64,000 nucleotides of DNA. Source: Harriotta raleighana (lineage: Eukaryota). The translations under genes and the position numbers were made by a program. The stretch spans positions 9,010,866 to 9,074,865 of the forward strand of contig JBNZDD010013719.1 in assembly GCA_050575255.1 (NCBI GenBank), given 5' to 3'. Below are positions 51,260-63,234 of this stretch, in pieces (the stretch's first letter is position 1; each line of letters starts with the position of its first letter). The notes beneath the pieces were generated by a model. It had not been told where the DNA came from. It saw nothing but the letters and a program-made list of their open reading frames with translations, and did not search any database.

Positions 51260-51600
51260 CATAATATTAATAATTAGCATTTGGTATAGCGCCTTATCAA
51301 ATCATCAGAGAATATATTGTAAAGTGGATTGACTGTATTTTGTGGGTGAAACATGGCAGCCAAATGCCCTCAACAGTGTCCCACAGCAGTCATGGATTGA
51401 GTGACCAATGTTTTTGAAGGATTATTTCCCCCAGAAAGTGATCCACCAATCAATTAACAACTGAGTTCCTACTTGCTGCTTGGTAAACAACAGCAACAAC
51501 AAAATTACATTTATAGAGCGCCTTTCACGTCGAGCGGATGTCCCAAGGCTCTGGAAGCGTGTGGAGTAGGGAAACTTGCCAAAGGTTTCACCCTGCCCGT
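51260..51600 (-). mobile_element. tRNA SINE carrying a nested 66-nt L2-tail insertion (51488-51553)
   Basis: The SINE body is on the minus strand, and its consensus gtaaaca|gaagagtgtggag is split by the insert. Confidence 0.85.
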
Positions 51601-52042
51601 AAGTGTTACATTTTATCAGAAAATAAGGATTTAAAATGCATATTTCTGGTCATTATTTTGTTGGTTACTTTTAGGAGCACAAAAAGAGTTAAATTGCTCA
51701 CTGTACTTCAGTAGGGATACCAAAACTCAGCATAACTTGGACCCGCACATGGTACACAATGTGCATTGAGCAAGTGGTTGATTCTGTTTATCACAAACTT
51801 GAATTTGAAGGTAATAAATCTGCCTGAGACTCAGTACAAGAAAGAAGCGACTCTGTCACCAAGCTACAGAGTTATTGTTCTGATCAACTTAACATCTACC
51901 CCCAAAGACTGGAGCATTTTTGTCTGTTGTGAGTAAGGTGAACTTTATTACCCATATCGCTTGAGTCATACAACAACCAAGCCTTTTTATCTGCATTGTT
52001 GAATAGTTTACCAGGGTGTGTCTGGTAACTGTTACACTAGAA

Positions 52043-52366
52043 CAGTTGTTCCCAACCTCGGGTCCCGACCCAAATCAAGGTCGCGGGGGTCCTCAGTAGA
52101 GTTGCGAAGGGTCATCACAATTTCTTTATTTTTCCTTTTTTTAATGTTAAAAATGCTTTTTTAACGGTAAAAAAAAACTTTTAATGCTAAAAATATGCGA
52201 TACCGCTAACCAATTTGTATAAAGAGAATACTTACGAGTTGCGCTGAGTCCACAAAACGGACGGAGATAACATTTTGGCTGAGCTGAGCTTCATTGCTCC
52301 CCTAATGGTGGGAGGACCGGTTGGAGGCTAATTTGAGTCGCAGCAAAAAAAGGTTGGGAACCACTG
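52043..52366. mobile_element. hAT (Charlie/MER5-like) MITE
   Basis: TIRs cagttgttcccaacct and aggttgggaaccactg, with an 8-bp TSD cactagaa/cactggaa (7/8 match) and subterminal gggtcgcg motifs. Confidence 0.9.
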
Positions 52367-52609
52367 CACTGGAATGATTAGAAGATCTGTTTTTGAATTG
52401 GCCCACAGATTGTAACCAGCACTGCTGGTCTACATGAACAGAACCAGAGAAAATTACACTAAATGGTTGCTATGGCAAGAATCACAGTTCTTATTGCACT
52501 TTTTTTTCTATATGTTGATAATTTTATTTTCTGCTCTCACTTTATTTAAATAAAGTTTTGCCAAAACGTACATTGGTGTTGCTTTGAACAAGATCCACGC
52601 TTTTCAACA

Positions 52610-52825
52610 GTTCGTTCGTGTCAACCCTCCCTTGTCTCCTTCAAGACCCCATCACAAGACCCTCCTCTTTGACTGCGCCTTTGGACACCCTCATATGCTA
52701 CCCTCCCTGCCCTCCACTCCTCCTATCCCAAACCCCAGCTGGGTTGCGCATGCTTGACTGAGCAGTGCTTTGAGATGTCTTTCTGATATGAAAGGCTCAA
52801 GACAAATGTAATTTGTTGCTGTTAT
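52610..52825 (+). mobile_element. L2 3' end fragment
   Basis: ttcaagacc..cacaagaccctcctctttgac (FKxxxKTLLF-like) followed by the tail gaaaggct...aaatgtaatttgttg. Confidence 0.75.
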
Positions 52826-54679
52826 TAACCAAGACACTTACAGAAGCACGCTATTTGTGCATTAACAAGACTGTAAAGTACATAATTTACGCACACATAC
52901 TAAATTGTCAACTGATCAGTTACCACTGTCAAAAGTGCTTAATGGTTGAATGTAAGTCAAATAATTCAACCATAACTTCTGAAATGCATGGGTGGTGGAT
53001 TTCATAGATTACAAAACCATGTAGCAGATTTATCCTAAAGATTTTAAATCAAAATTTCCACAGAAAATAAAAAAAAGTAAAACAAAATAATTTGAGTTGG
53101 AGAAAATCAAAGAACTTATAGTAAACTAATTCTGTTTATATAAAAAAAAGTTATATGGCCAATATAAGGTATTCGGTGAACAAATATGAAAAGCCTCCAT
53201 TTGTTTATCACCGTCTGTCAGAGTAGACTGTAAGCATTCTCCCAGTCAGTGCAAGGGCAGTAGGGCAGCTCGTAATACTGGGGCAAGTCAATAAATAACT
53301 CGCCCAAAATAAAAATCATTGATGCTACACTCACTCCAAGGGGCTCGGACACTTGGCAGCCAAAAATACATGCCAGTCAATGGTAACTAACAGACCAAAA
53401 TATCACATAGTTAAAGGTAGATTAGGGATGAAAGAATCCAAGAAAGGAAAGCAGCCAGCTGTAAGCAAAGCAATGAATAACAGTCACCGAAAATAACAAC
53501 TAAAACAGCTGGGGCTGTCAGTCACCCATTCAGTGTAAGTGTAGTAGGTAAGCAGCAAGCAAGATTGCCAAAGATCAAGCTCAGTGTTGACGGAAGATTT
53601 ACGCTGCAGCGTGCTATAAAAGAGCACATACCTTTCCACACAGCAATGTTACACAGATCTGGTACTGACACCCTCTGTGCATTTGCTACGTATGCAGCCA
53701 GTAAATCTTGTTAAATAATCTTTGTCTCCCTAGATTGTGGAAGAAATTTATAAACTATTTCAACTAGGAATATTGGCAGTTGTTTGGTCGTGGGCTTATC
53801 AAACGCTCTATTTCTGCAAGAAGATAAAAAGTTGTCTAGACAGATTAATGTTCCATTTTGTTTCAACACAAAAACAATGCCATCTGCGTTTCTTGTCTTG
53901 TGTAAGATTTGCTCATGTCAGAACAGTGTGGCCTTGGAAAAAGTTAAGTCGCTTCAATGTACAGTATTATGACACAGGAATTTTTCAATGCATGTCAATT
54001 TTTAGAGATCCAAATTTATACCAGAACCCAAATGAATTAAGACAAATTCAGATATCAATTTTGTTTGCTGTCACATACCTCGATAGTCTTTGAAGCTGGA
54101 AGATATTTGGCAGTAATAACTAAGCATACTATAGTGTAATATATTTGATAGAAATACTTTGAACATCAGCGAGTCTTTCGTTTTTTTTGTGATGCATTTT
54201 CCTCAGATTCCCCAATAAATGTTAGCAGCTCAAATTATACATTTTCACATTCGGTATAGATTATATGAGGTCGACTATTTCAACAAGACACCAAAACACA
54301 GCAGATGAAAAGGAATTTTAGATCTTGCCTGGAGATGCGAGAGTCCGTAAGCTCTGCAGTCTTGGAAGAACATCATAGAAGACCCTGATTCTATTTTGCC
54401 TCATACGCATTTTGGAGCACAGTTCATGGATAGCAATCAGGAGCTTGGAAACCAGACTGTATTTCTCATTTCTTCCCCCACCCTGGTTGCTCAACGAGGC
54501 CAATTGTGGCCCCAAGATTGCTGCTTTGCCTGCAATTGGCAAACTCAGCACAGATATCCTTGAATTTGTAAGGTGCAAAACAAAGAATGTAAAGATTAAA
54601 GTGGTGCTGCTGGCAGAATTCTCAGAGGTTGCTTATCAGAATATAAAAATAACTTTTGATCCAACCAAAATATCTTTTG

Positions 54680-54870
54680 ATTCAACCTCAGAGGCCATTA
54701 CAGCAAGAGATTTGTTTATATTCTATAATAATCCTTGCATTTGCTAGAGCGTCTTTTACAACAACATTACAGCATTCAACCTCAGAGGCCATTACAGCAA
54801 GAGATAGAATATTTGTTTATATTCTATAATAATCCTTGCATTTGCTAGAGCACCTTTTGCAACAACAACA
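54680..54870 (+). repeat. Tandem duplication of about 94 bp spanning a SINE tail and its flank
   Basis: attcaacctcagaggccattacagcaagagat...ataatccttgcatttgctagagc...ttt(a/g)caacaaca starts at 54680 and again at 54774. Confidence 0.9.
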
Positions 54871-56140
54871 ACAATGTCAGAAGGGTATTTCAAAGCGCTG
54901 TAAAGTGGAGTGACTTCTGTGTTTTGCCATCAGTGAATGTGAATGTGCCAACCAGTTTGAGCTATGGGGTGGGTGACCAATTTTGTTGGTTGGGGGTGGT
55001 GGGGGGTGGGGGCATTGTTAGCCAAGATTGGTGTTTCTCTCTTCATTTCTCATTGTATGACTGCAAGATTTTCAAGAGCAATCTGGTTTGAGTCCCGTTG
55101 CTTTTTTTCTTTAGCGGGTTAGCTGTGCTCTCCTCCGCAATAGCATGACCAGGCTCACTGAGCATTCACAATCTCTCTCTCGCTCTCTGTTTTGAACAGT
55201 GCAACACTCATATTACATCATATCTTAGTAAATGCGACCGTTTTCCATTTAGCATAAGTGCATTCCTGCTTCGAGGTCTGAATTAATCCCTTAATAAATC
55301 AAGGTGATAATCTGCTTTGTTCTTTTTGTGGGTCATTTGATTTATCTGTTTAGCTTGGTTAGTCTTTTCAATGCTGTAGTTTTATTTCTTTGTACTCCAC
55401 AGTCGGTTCCATTGTTGGCTGAACGCAGTACTTTGATCAGTGTTTTCGCTCAGTTTTTTTTCTAACTGCTGGTATCAGCCATGGTCCTATTGGTGAAGAA
55501 TTTGTTTCATGATAGACTTTTAATGTGATTTTCCTGAAGATGGAATCTTCATTTATATCCCCAGTGTTGCAAAATTTCTCTGCTAAAAGATGCCCATCGC
55601 ACAAGGTCACATATCTGTTAAGTGTCAAGTTATATTGCCTTGAGAGCAATTTATTTTCTGCCCTCACAGATTCTTTGTGATGTTGGGAGGGCTTTTCACT
55701 CCACCTGTTTCCAATTTTGTGTTTTCTTTTCAGATTGCATGGCACGCTCAGCCTTCTTAATGTATTTGAGCAGCAGGCGCTTGTAAAGTCTGAACGTGCT
55801 AGCTGGTGCATTAATTGAGATCTTTGTTATTTTAATGGTTTACATTTTTCCCTTCCATAGATATTGACATATTGCACTGATGAACATCTTTGCTAAAGAT
55901 ACCGCTTAAAGTTAAGATGCTGTTGTCACTACTGGGCATTACTTATTTCCTCCATTACTTTTGGTCTCCAAATAAATCTGGAAATCCAAAGAAAGCACAC
56001 GGGTGTGATTTGGTTTTTAAAAGTATAATTTTTTTTCTCCCTAATTTTCTCTACCAATTTTTCTCTTTTCCCCTCCCGTCCCGAAAGATCTTAACTTATT
56101 GCGTCTTTCTACTGCAGTTCGATGGTGCTCTGCCCAAGTA

Positions 56141-56452
56141 TTAATAATAATAATAACGTAGCGCCTTTTCACATCTTTTAGACGTCTCAAAGCCCTTCAC
56201 AGAATATACTGTAAAGTGAATTGACTGTATATTTGCGGGCAAGATGCAGCAGCCAATTGCACACAGCATTATCCTACAAACAGTCGTGGATTGAAATGAC
56301 CAATTTTATTATTGTGTTCTTTTTAAAGGGATTATTTTTAGGTGTGTGGTGTAAGGAAAGTTGCCCAAAGTTTCGCCCTGATATTGACCTGGATTCGAAC
56401 CCAGGTCTCATGCTTGTAAGGTGAGGGTTCTAACCACTAAGCTGCAGGACTC
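56141..56452 (-). mobile_element. tRNA SINE with intact A and B boxes
   Basis: The minus-strand head is gtcctgcagcttagtggttagaaccctcaccttacaagcatgagacctgggttcgaatccagg, followed by the body and an (ATT)n tail. Confidence 0.88.
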
Positions 56453-56880
56453 CACGAGTGCACATTAGTCAAGTGTGAGCCCTGAGAGTGATTGTCAATG
56501 AGATAATCAACCATGATGGAGAGGGGGCATGTTACAGCTGAATCTAATTCGGACTTCCCTGGTAGAGGTTTCTGCTGGGCTGATCACTAATAGGAGCAAT
56601 GGCTGTTTTCCCTTATTAACCTTGGGCCTGAGGCATATTGAAGCACACTATTGGAAATCCAGCTAGGATCTGTTAACCTACCACACTTGAGTATCAGATC
56701 CAGTATGTATGGCTCAGTCACTGAGCCAAGAGTGATTGTTATTCTTTATTGGCAAAGAAAATTGCACTTTTCAGATTCAAATACCCTTGTTCAGAAACTT
56801 CCCTTCACACAGATATAGTCCTTCTCTCGGTGACTGAGGTTTGGTATTCTTTCAAAAGAAAATTAGACAGATTTATTGTA

Positions 56881-57298
56881 GCAATAACAATAAAATTACA
56901 TTTGTATAGTACCCTTTTCATCGAGAGGATATCCCAAGACACTGGATGCACAGTATTTTGGACTCAAGCTAGGGGTAGGGATTGTAGGGGTGGAGGGTAG
57001 GGGAGGAAGGAGGGTGATTGAAAGTACAGTCGAAGAGGAGGGCCTTGAGGTGGGTCTTGACCGAAACAAGGGATGGGGCGAGGCAGACATTTTGCAGGAT
57101 GGAGTTCCAGAGAGTGGAAGCAGAGTGGCTGAAGGCCACCCTCCAATGATGCGGTGGGCAAGGAGGGGGACATGTAGCAGACCTGATCCAGCTGAGCGGA
57201 GGGAGTGGACAGATTGGTAGGGGATTAGGAGGTTGCAGAGGGAGGGGAAAGCGAGGCCATGGAAGGATTTGAAGATGGAGGAACAGAATCTTGAACAT
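56881..57298 (-). mobile_element. L2 3' end (ORF2 C-terminus, 3'UTR and tail)
   Basis: The minus strand gives FKILFL..FKSFHGLAFPSLCNLL..LRSAGSGLLHVP..AFSHSASTLWNS..KTHLKALLF, with frameshifts. Confidence 0.9.
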
Positions 57299-60200
57299 CT
57301 TGGGATGACCTCCCGACGTGAAAGGCTCTGTACAAATGTAATTATGTTGTTGTTGTATCCTCTGTGTGATGGGAAGCCAGACGAGGATGGCGGTGATGTG
57401 GTCATGGTGCTGAGTGCAGGAGAGGACACGTGCTAAAGGAAATAATATCTTGGAATACAGTACAGCTTTAACAATGTGTCCCAGGATAATAATTCATCTG
57501 ATCACTGTTTTTCTTTACCACCCCCCACCCGGATCAGTTCATTAAACTCATGTTAATGGAGTTGTAATCCAGTTGAGGTACAAGACAGCTGTAGAAAATG
57601 TGTTCAGCAAAACAAACTGCTAATTTGATTGCCCAGCTCAGAAAATCCCACTTCCACTAATTCTGCTTTATAAGTAAAACTAGCTGCTGACAAATGTTTA
57701 ATTATATACAGATAGCAATATGTAAATAGTTCTTGGGCCAATAATTAATTTATTGAGTGGTGTCTGAATGATGTGTTCCATGCAATTGTAAAATGAATTG
57801 TTACAGCTTAATTGCTTAGTCCCAGCACCTTCATCCTCCCAATATGAAAGGCAGTATACAAATGTAATGTTGTTGTTGATGATGAGGGTTAGAAGGAATC
57901 TGTTTGCTCATTAGTTTTCCTTTGTCAATGTTATTGTGGAAATATAGTTAGAGGATCAGTAACAACTAGGGGACATCTGTTAAGGCTGCATACCTTTTAA
58001 AGACCACAATTTTCTTGTTGCCTAAGGACAGGACATTTTGATTACTGTATGTGAAATGCCATTCTACCCACATTTCAACAAATTATATCCAGCATTTGGA
58101 AATTAATATAATCCATTTTAATGATCTTCCTTGGGTACTGTCTTAGTACAGATGGTCCAGTGCCTTATATCCTACCAGATGGTTGAGGACACCCACTGTT
58201 GATAGCTAGTTTCATCAGTTCTTAGCTGAGTAACTGTGACGACTTTCTCATTGGAAGCCCACCTCAGAATATTTTCCCATGGGCATGATGAAAATCTGCT
58301 TCCATCAGCAGATAAAGTGGGAGAAAACTAGACAATTAAATTGGCAAGGCAAGACAGAAAAAAACCTCTTATGCTGAGGACAAGGATCCAAGCTAATTGC
58401 TATGTTTTGCACAATGAGTTCCTATTCTTCAGGGAGCCCACAAAGTCCTTTTACCCCCTGTTACAAAACAGTGATCTGAGATTAAGGAGGAGCTGAAACA
58501 AGCTGTCAGAGATGCAACTTGCCTTGTCACTCCATCCATATTACAGAAGATGTCACACTGAATGTGGCAACGTATCATCTGCCATGACAATGAGGCACTC
58601 ACACACACTGATCTCTGGATGTCTAAATACAGTTAATAATTTTTAAAAAAGGATTTCATATACTGCCTTATAATATCATTGGAAATGTCATTGAGATGTC
58701 TCTTAAGTGATTCCGTACTCATGTACTGAATACAGTGAAGTGAAGTACATCTACATAGAATTATCATCATTCTTCCATATATTGCAGTTACTGGTCAGTG
58801 CATTGTTGAAAAAAACTGCTTTTTGTGAACATCCTATAGAGTAGTGCTGTCAGGAAAGGAACTGAGGGCAGGAAAACCAAATGATAACTCCATCGGAGCT
58901 CTTCTCACATACGACCTAGGATGTAAACCTAAACAGGGTTGTCCTTGACCCCTGGTAACTTCTTTGAAAGTGTAGAGATATTGAATTAATCATATTCAGT
59001 GCTTTCATTTTTATAATGTTTTCTATAACATTTCCCCAAAAATGGTGTATGTGATTGAAATAACATTTGGCATGGCACACTAGAAAGGAAATTCTGTACT
59101 GAAAGGTTTCTTTAATAACTAGTGCGGTAAAGGTAGAGACGTGGGACAAATATTTTGACCTAAATGTGCTGTGATGATGCAACTGGTGAAAAGATTTAGC
59201 AGTATTGAGGTTACAGTAGCTGTATTTATTCCCATTCCAGATACAAATTTGATAGTAGATTTCTTTTTATTTATCTTAATACAAACTCTTCTTCATGCTT
59301 ATTCTTTACTCTCTGATCCTTCCTGAAGCCCATGTCTCATTTTGACATGTGTTTCCACCTGTACTGACTACTCAATGGCCATTCTACACGTAGAGCCAAT
59401 TGGGTGAACGTCAGCAAACTATTCAGCTGTGGGAAAGTTTCACAGCTGAGCCCAACCTGATCCTTGCTCAATGTCTGCACACATGTATTGGTCCAGCAGG
59501 GGTCACTGGATTTTCCCCTTAACACCAAAACCATTTGTAGCAATCTCTTCTGCCCCACTGGCTAAGATTATTTTAGCACAGACTTAAGCAATGAACCCAA
59601 GACCTTTCTGGGTAAGGCTTAGCTTCACATTGGACAGTGACTTTAGTATTGTGGAGCAAGTGTGTAAGCATACTTTGAAAAATTCAGTGAAATAAATAGA
59701 GAGGTTATCATAAGAATGTCAACAACGTGTAAATTGGGTTAACCTTCCACTAGGCTGTGATTTATTTTGCCTTTTGCTTTTTAGCTTTCTGATTTTTTTT
59801 AACCTTTTCTTTATTGCTTTTGTCTCCCTCTACAATTGTTCTTTACTTCCAAGAATGAATTATTCCTTCATTGGGAATATCTTATTTTTCGTACAATTCC
59901 AAGAATTGAATTGATAATGATAATAATCTTTGCACTTGTTATAGCACCTTATCACTTTGTTGAGACGTCTCAAAGCGCTTCACAGTAAAGTGAATGGATG
60001 AAAATGAATATGCTGTCTGCACAGGTTGAGGGTAAGCTTGCTCTAGGAATTTATCTAGTCTATAATCATGTTTGGTGATCTCTCTCATTCAAACTCTGCA
60101 ATTGATGATGTAGATTTAAGGAAATTTCAGTGACCTCCCAAAGGGTTATTGAAACATGACTGTTTTCTCTCAAACCTTCCATTCAAGCTATGAAACTACA

Positions 60201-60417
60201 ACTGACATGAACTAACACTATGATGTCAGGTCCAGAGACAGCCATGTGTGAAATAGCACAAATACTGTGGTACTTCTTGTAGAAATAGTTTTAGATGAAC
60301 CTCAAACCTAATGCCATCACAGCATACACACTGATTCACTGACTATTACATTGATGATTAGCAAAATTATAGAACATTTAATGGTTCTTCAAGTTCATAA
60401 GTTTCTTTTATTGTCTG

Positions 60418-60752
60418 TAAATAATAATAATCCTTACATTTGTTACAGCACCTTATCACATTTTTGAGATGTCTCAAAGTGCTTCACAGAAAAGTGTGGT
60501 GATATTTTGTGGGCGAAATATGGCAGCCAATTTCACATGGCAGTGTCCCACAATCATTCGTGAATTGTGTGACCAAATTCTTTTTTTTGGAGGGTATATT
60601 ACCCCAGGAAAGTAATCCAATTGAGTAGCAAGCAGGTTCCTACTTAGTGCTAGGTAAACAGAGACCTGTGTGATAAGGTTTTACCCCACTGGGGAATCAA
60701 ACCCATGTCCTCTTGCTTGTGAGGCGAGTGCTCTAACCACTAGATTACAACA
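60418..60752 (-). mobile_element. Near full-length tRNA SINE
   Basis: Tail, body and head ggggaatcaaacccatgtcctcttgcttgtgaggcgagtgctctaaccacta are present. Confidence 0.87.
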
Positions 60753-61462
60753 ACTGTAAAATTTAATGACTAGCTGTTCTTTCATGAACTCCGCCTATAA
60801 CAAACACCTTAACAATTTAAGAGCAAGACCTGATCTTTGCACCTCTTTGAAGGCCAAACAACAACAACAAAATTACATTTGTATAGCCCCTTTCACATCA
60901 GGAGGATGTCCCAAGGCGCTGAACCGTACTTTGGTGAACGCCCTGATATTACAGTCTTTTCTGCTGGTCCCGAGAGGATTCTTCATGGTGAGGATCGACA
61001 GTATTCATTTGCTATCAAGATAGAACTGTGCTTGGCCACATTGAAAACTGCTGCCCAATATGTTGTCAGAGCTCCACTTGCCTCAAGAAATCACATATGA
61101 GATTCTACTAAATCTGCTTTTGGCCAAACTGTTTATGCCGTATGCCACCCCGCTCTAGGTACTCAAGTGTTTAGAGACTGACGCATTGATTGATCAAGGA
61201 CATTTTACTGTGCTTTCAACCAGCAGATGGAGAATCTAAAAATGAATTACTCATGCATTGCCTAATATTTAGACAAGTAGCGCTCCACAATATCTTCAGG
61301 GCAGCAACTTGGAGTAACCTGTTTACAACTGGCCTGTGCCAAGAATTGCTGCCTCAACTTAAATATGAGGAAAGGCCTGCTCTTGCCAAAGTTGTGCTCA
61401 GCTGCCTTCTGGATCCCAGTTCCTTTATACTCCTTGTGGAAGCATTGTGGAATCGAATGAGG

Positions 61463-61760
61463 AATAATAATGCCTGCATTTGATATAGCACCTTATCATG
61501 TCATTGATCTCTCAAAGTGCTTCAAAGGATATATTGTGAAGTGGTTGACTGTATTTTGTGTGCAAAAGGTGGCAGCCAATTCCACATAGCAATGCCCCAC
61601 AAACAGCCATGAAGTTTGTGGGGTATTTGTTTCATTTGGGGGTATATATTGGCCAGGAAGAATCTCTTTACAAAAAATGCTATGGATTCTTTAATGTCCA
61701 TCTGAACAAGCATATGGGGCATTGGTTTAATGTCTCGTTCAAATGATGACATTTTAACAA
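61463..61760 (-). mobile_element. DeuSINE-like fragment
   Basis: A tail plus the reverse complement of the Deu domain: atgctatggattctttaatgtccatctgaac...ggtttaatgtctcgttcaaa. Confidence 0.7.
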
Positions 61761-63234
61761 TCCAACACACTTGAATGAATGAAATACCCACTTTTTAGCC
61801 CTTCTGTTTTTTTCTGTCTCCATACCATGCAGTATCGTTTATGTGTTTCCTGATGCCTGATTTCCTCAAATGTACATTTTCCCAATGTTTTAAGTTTCAC
61901 TTTTTAAGGATATTGGTCTGAATGTGTGGGACTATGTTTAGCTTTTCAGGTTCATTCCAGATATGTTAAGTCCATTTATTGTTTGAAATTTCAGACATAT
62001 TTGTTAGTGAGTGTTATTCTGCCCTTGGATGTGAGGAATATCCCCTGTTTCTAAGGATCACAAGGATTTGGAGTAAATAGCATCCCTACACATTGCTACA
62101 CATTCAGTAAGATATCTTCAGATAACTGAATGAGGTGGTCATAGATACATTAATAATAAGACTTTATAATAATCTTGCATTTGGCATAGCTCCTTTCTGG
62201 AGGATGTCCAGAAATGCATAACAGGATATATTGTGAAGTAGCGTGACTTTCTGGGGCGAACATCAACAGAAGCTCAAGCAGTTTCTGTCTGAAATTTCTT
62301 TTGAGAGAAAAGATGTTCTAATATTTCCAAACACGGGAGCCTTACCTTATCCGTGGTGTGTGGACACTGGCCTTCAATTTAACATCTTCCCACATTGCTA
62401 GTTATTTTTACTATGAGCCCAATTGTAGTTATGCAGTTTATGCAGGTGCATTTGTCATTTGCTCCTGAATTTTCTCCAGTTTTAATTGAGTACACAAATT
62501 ATAGCTTGTGGTAATTGTGCCGTTCAGAACTTATTTAAGCACAATACTGTTCCGTACGTACAGGAACGCTTGACCTCAAATCAGGATCCAGTTTCCTGGA
62601 GGTAGCTTGCATTCAAACTCTTTGCTCCATTATAGTGTGAGCATTGTTGTGCAATATTAAGCAGGCAGGTTGAAACGGTCAGGATTTGAGGTGGGAAGAG
62701 CAAAGCTCATATGGAACACTTCTCTTAGCTTGTATTTGTGTGAAGAAACCAAATGCACAAAAAGGAAGGAGATGGCAGTGAAAAATTGAGCCATTGCTCT
62801 GAAAATTGAGCATCCAGTCTTTAAGCTTAAAATCAAAGTTGTCCAAAGTTGTGTAAATGGAAGGTTTGATCAGGATGCCACTGTGTGGTGCTGTGTAAAC
62901 GGAGCAGCTTAGCATTATTGTTGCTGGAACTTAGAGCAGTTTTAAATGAAGCCACTCCTCGTACGAATGAATTATATTATATGAATTCCAAATGCAGGAT
63001 TTCAGCTACTCCCGCTTCAAATGAATATTAGCAACATTCAAGTGATAGCATTAAGGGAACTAATGTGTCAACATCTAGGAAATGTAACTTTCCAATCCAG
63101 AGAGATCAAGTAATCAAATATTCTACAGTTTGTAAATCTAGAGTTCTGTTAAAACACTGAATTAAGCTGCAACTCTTCTGACCCAGCTACTCCCTTTACT
63201 TAAAATCCTGCTTAAAAGAAAAATAATAACATGA

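Noticed and set aside
55393-55431. Imperfect hairpin gtact..cagtcgg/ttggctg..agtac, considered as a possible miRNA or snoRNA
   Set aside because: The stem is too short and GU-dependent, and it matches no mature miRNA or box motif I recognise.
55437-55811. 124-aa minus-strand ORF in the giant intron (also 61190-61483 and 54412-54747)
   Set aside because: There is no recognisable homology or exon structure. 54412-54747 overlaps an old repeat, and the lengths are compatible with chance.
56388-56452. tRNA-like sequences with A and B boxes (also near 20215-20270, 30370-30425, 39254-39320, 46415-46470 and 60690-60750)
   Set aside because: All are attached to SINE bodies and lack a proper acceptor stem. 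They are SINE heads (consensus loop suggests Ala-CGC ancestry), not tRNA genes.
56896-57429. 177-aa minus-strand ORF
   Set aside because: It is a chimeric reading through frameshifted L2 ORF2 remnants.
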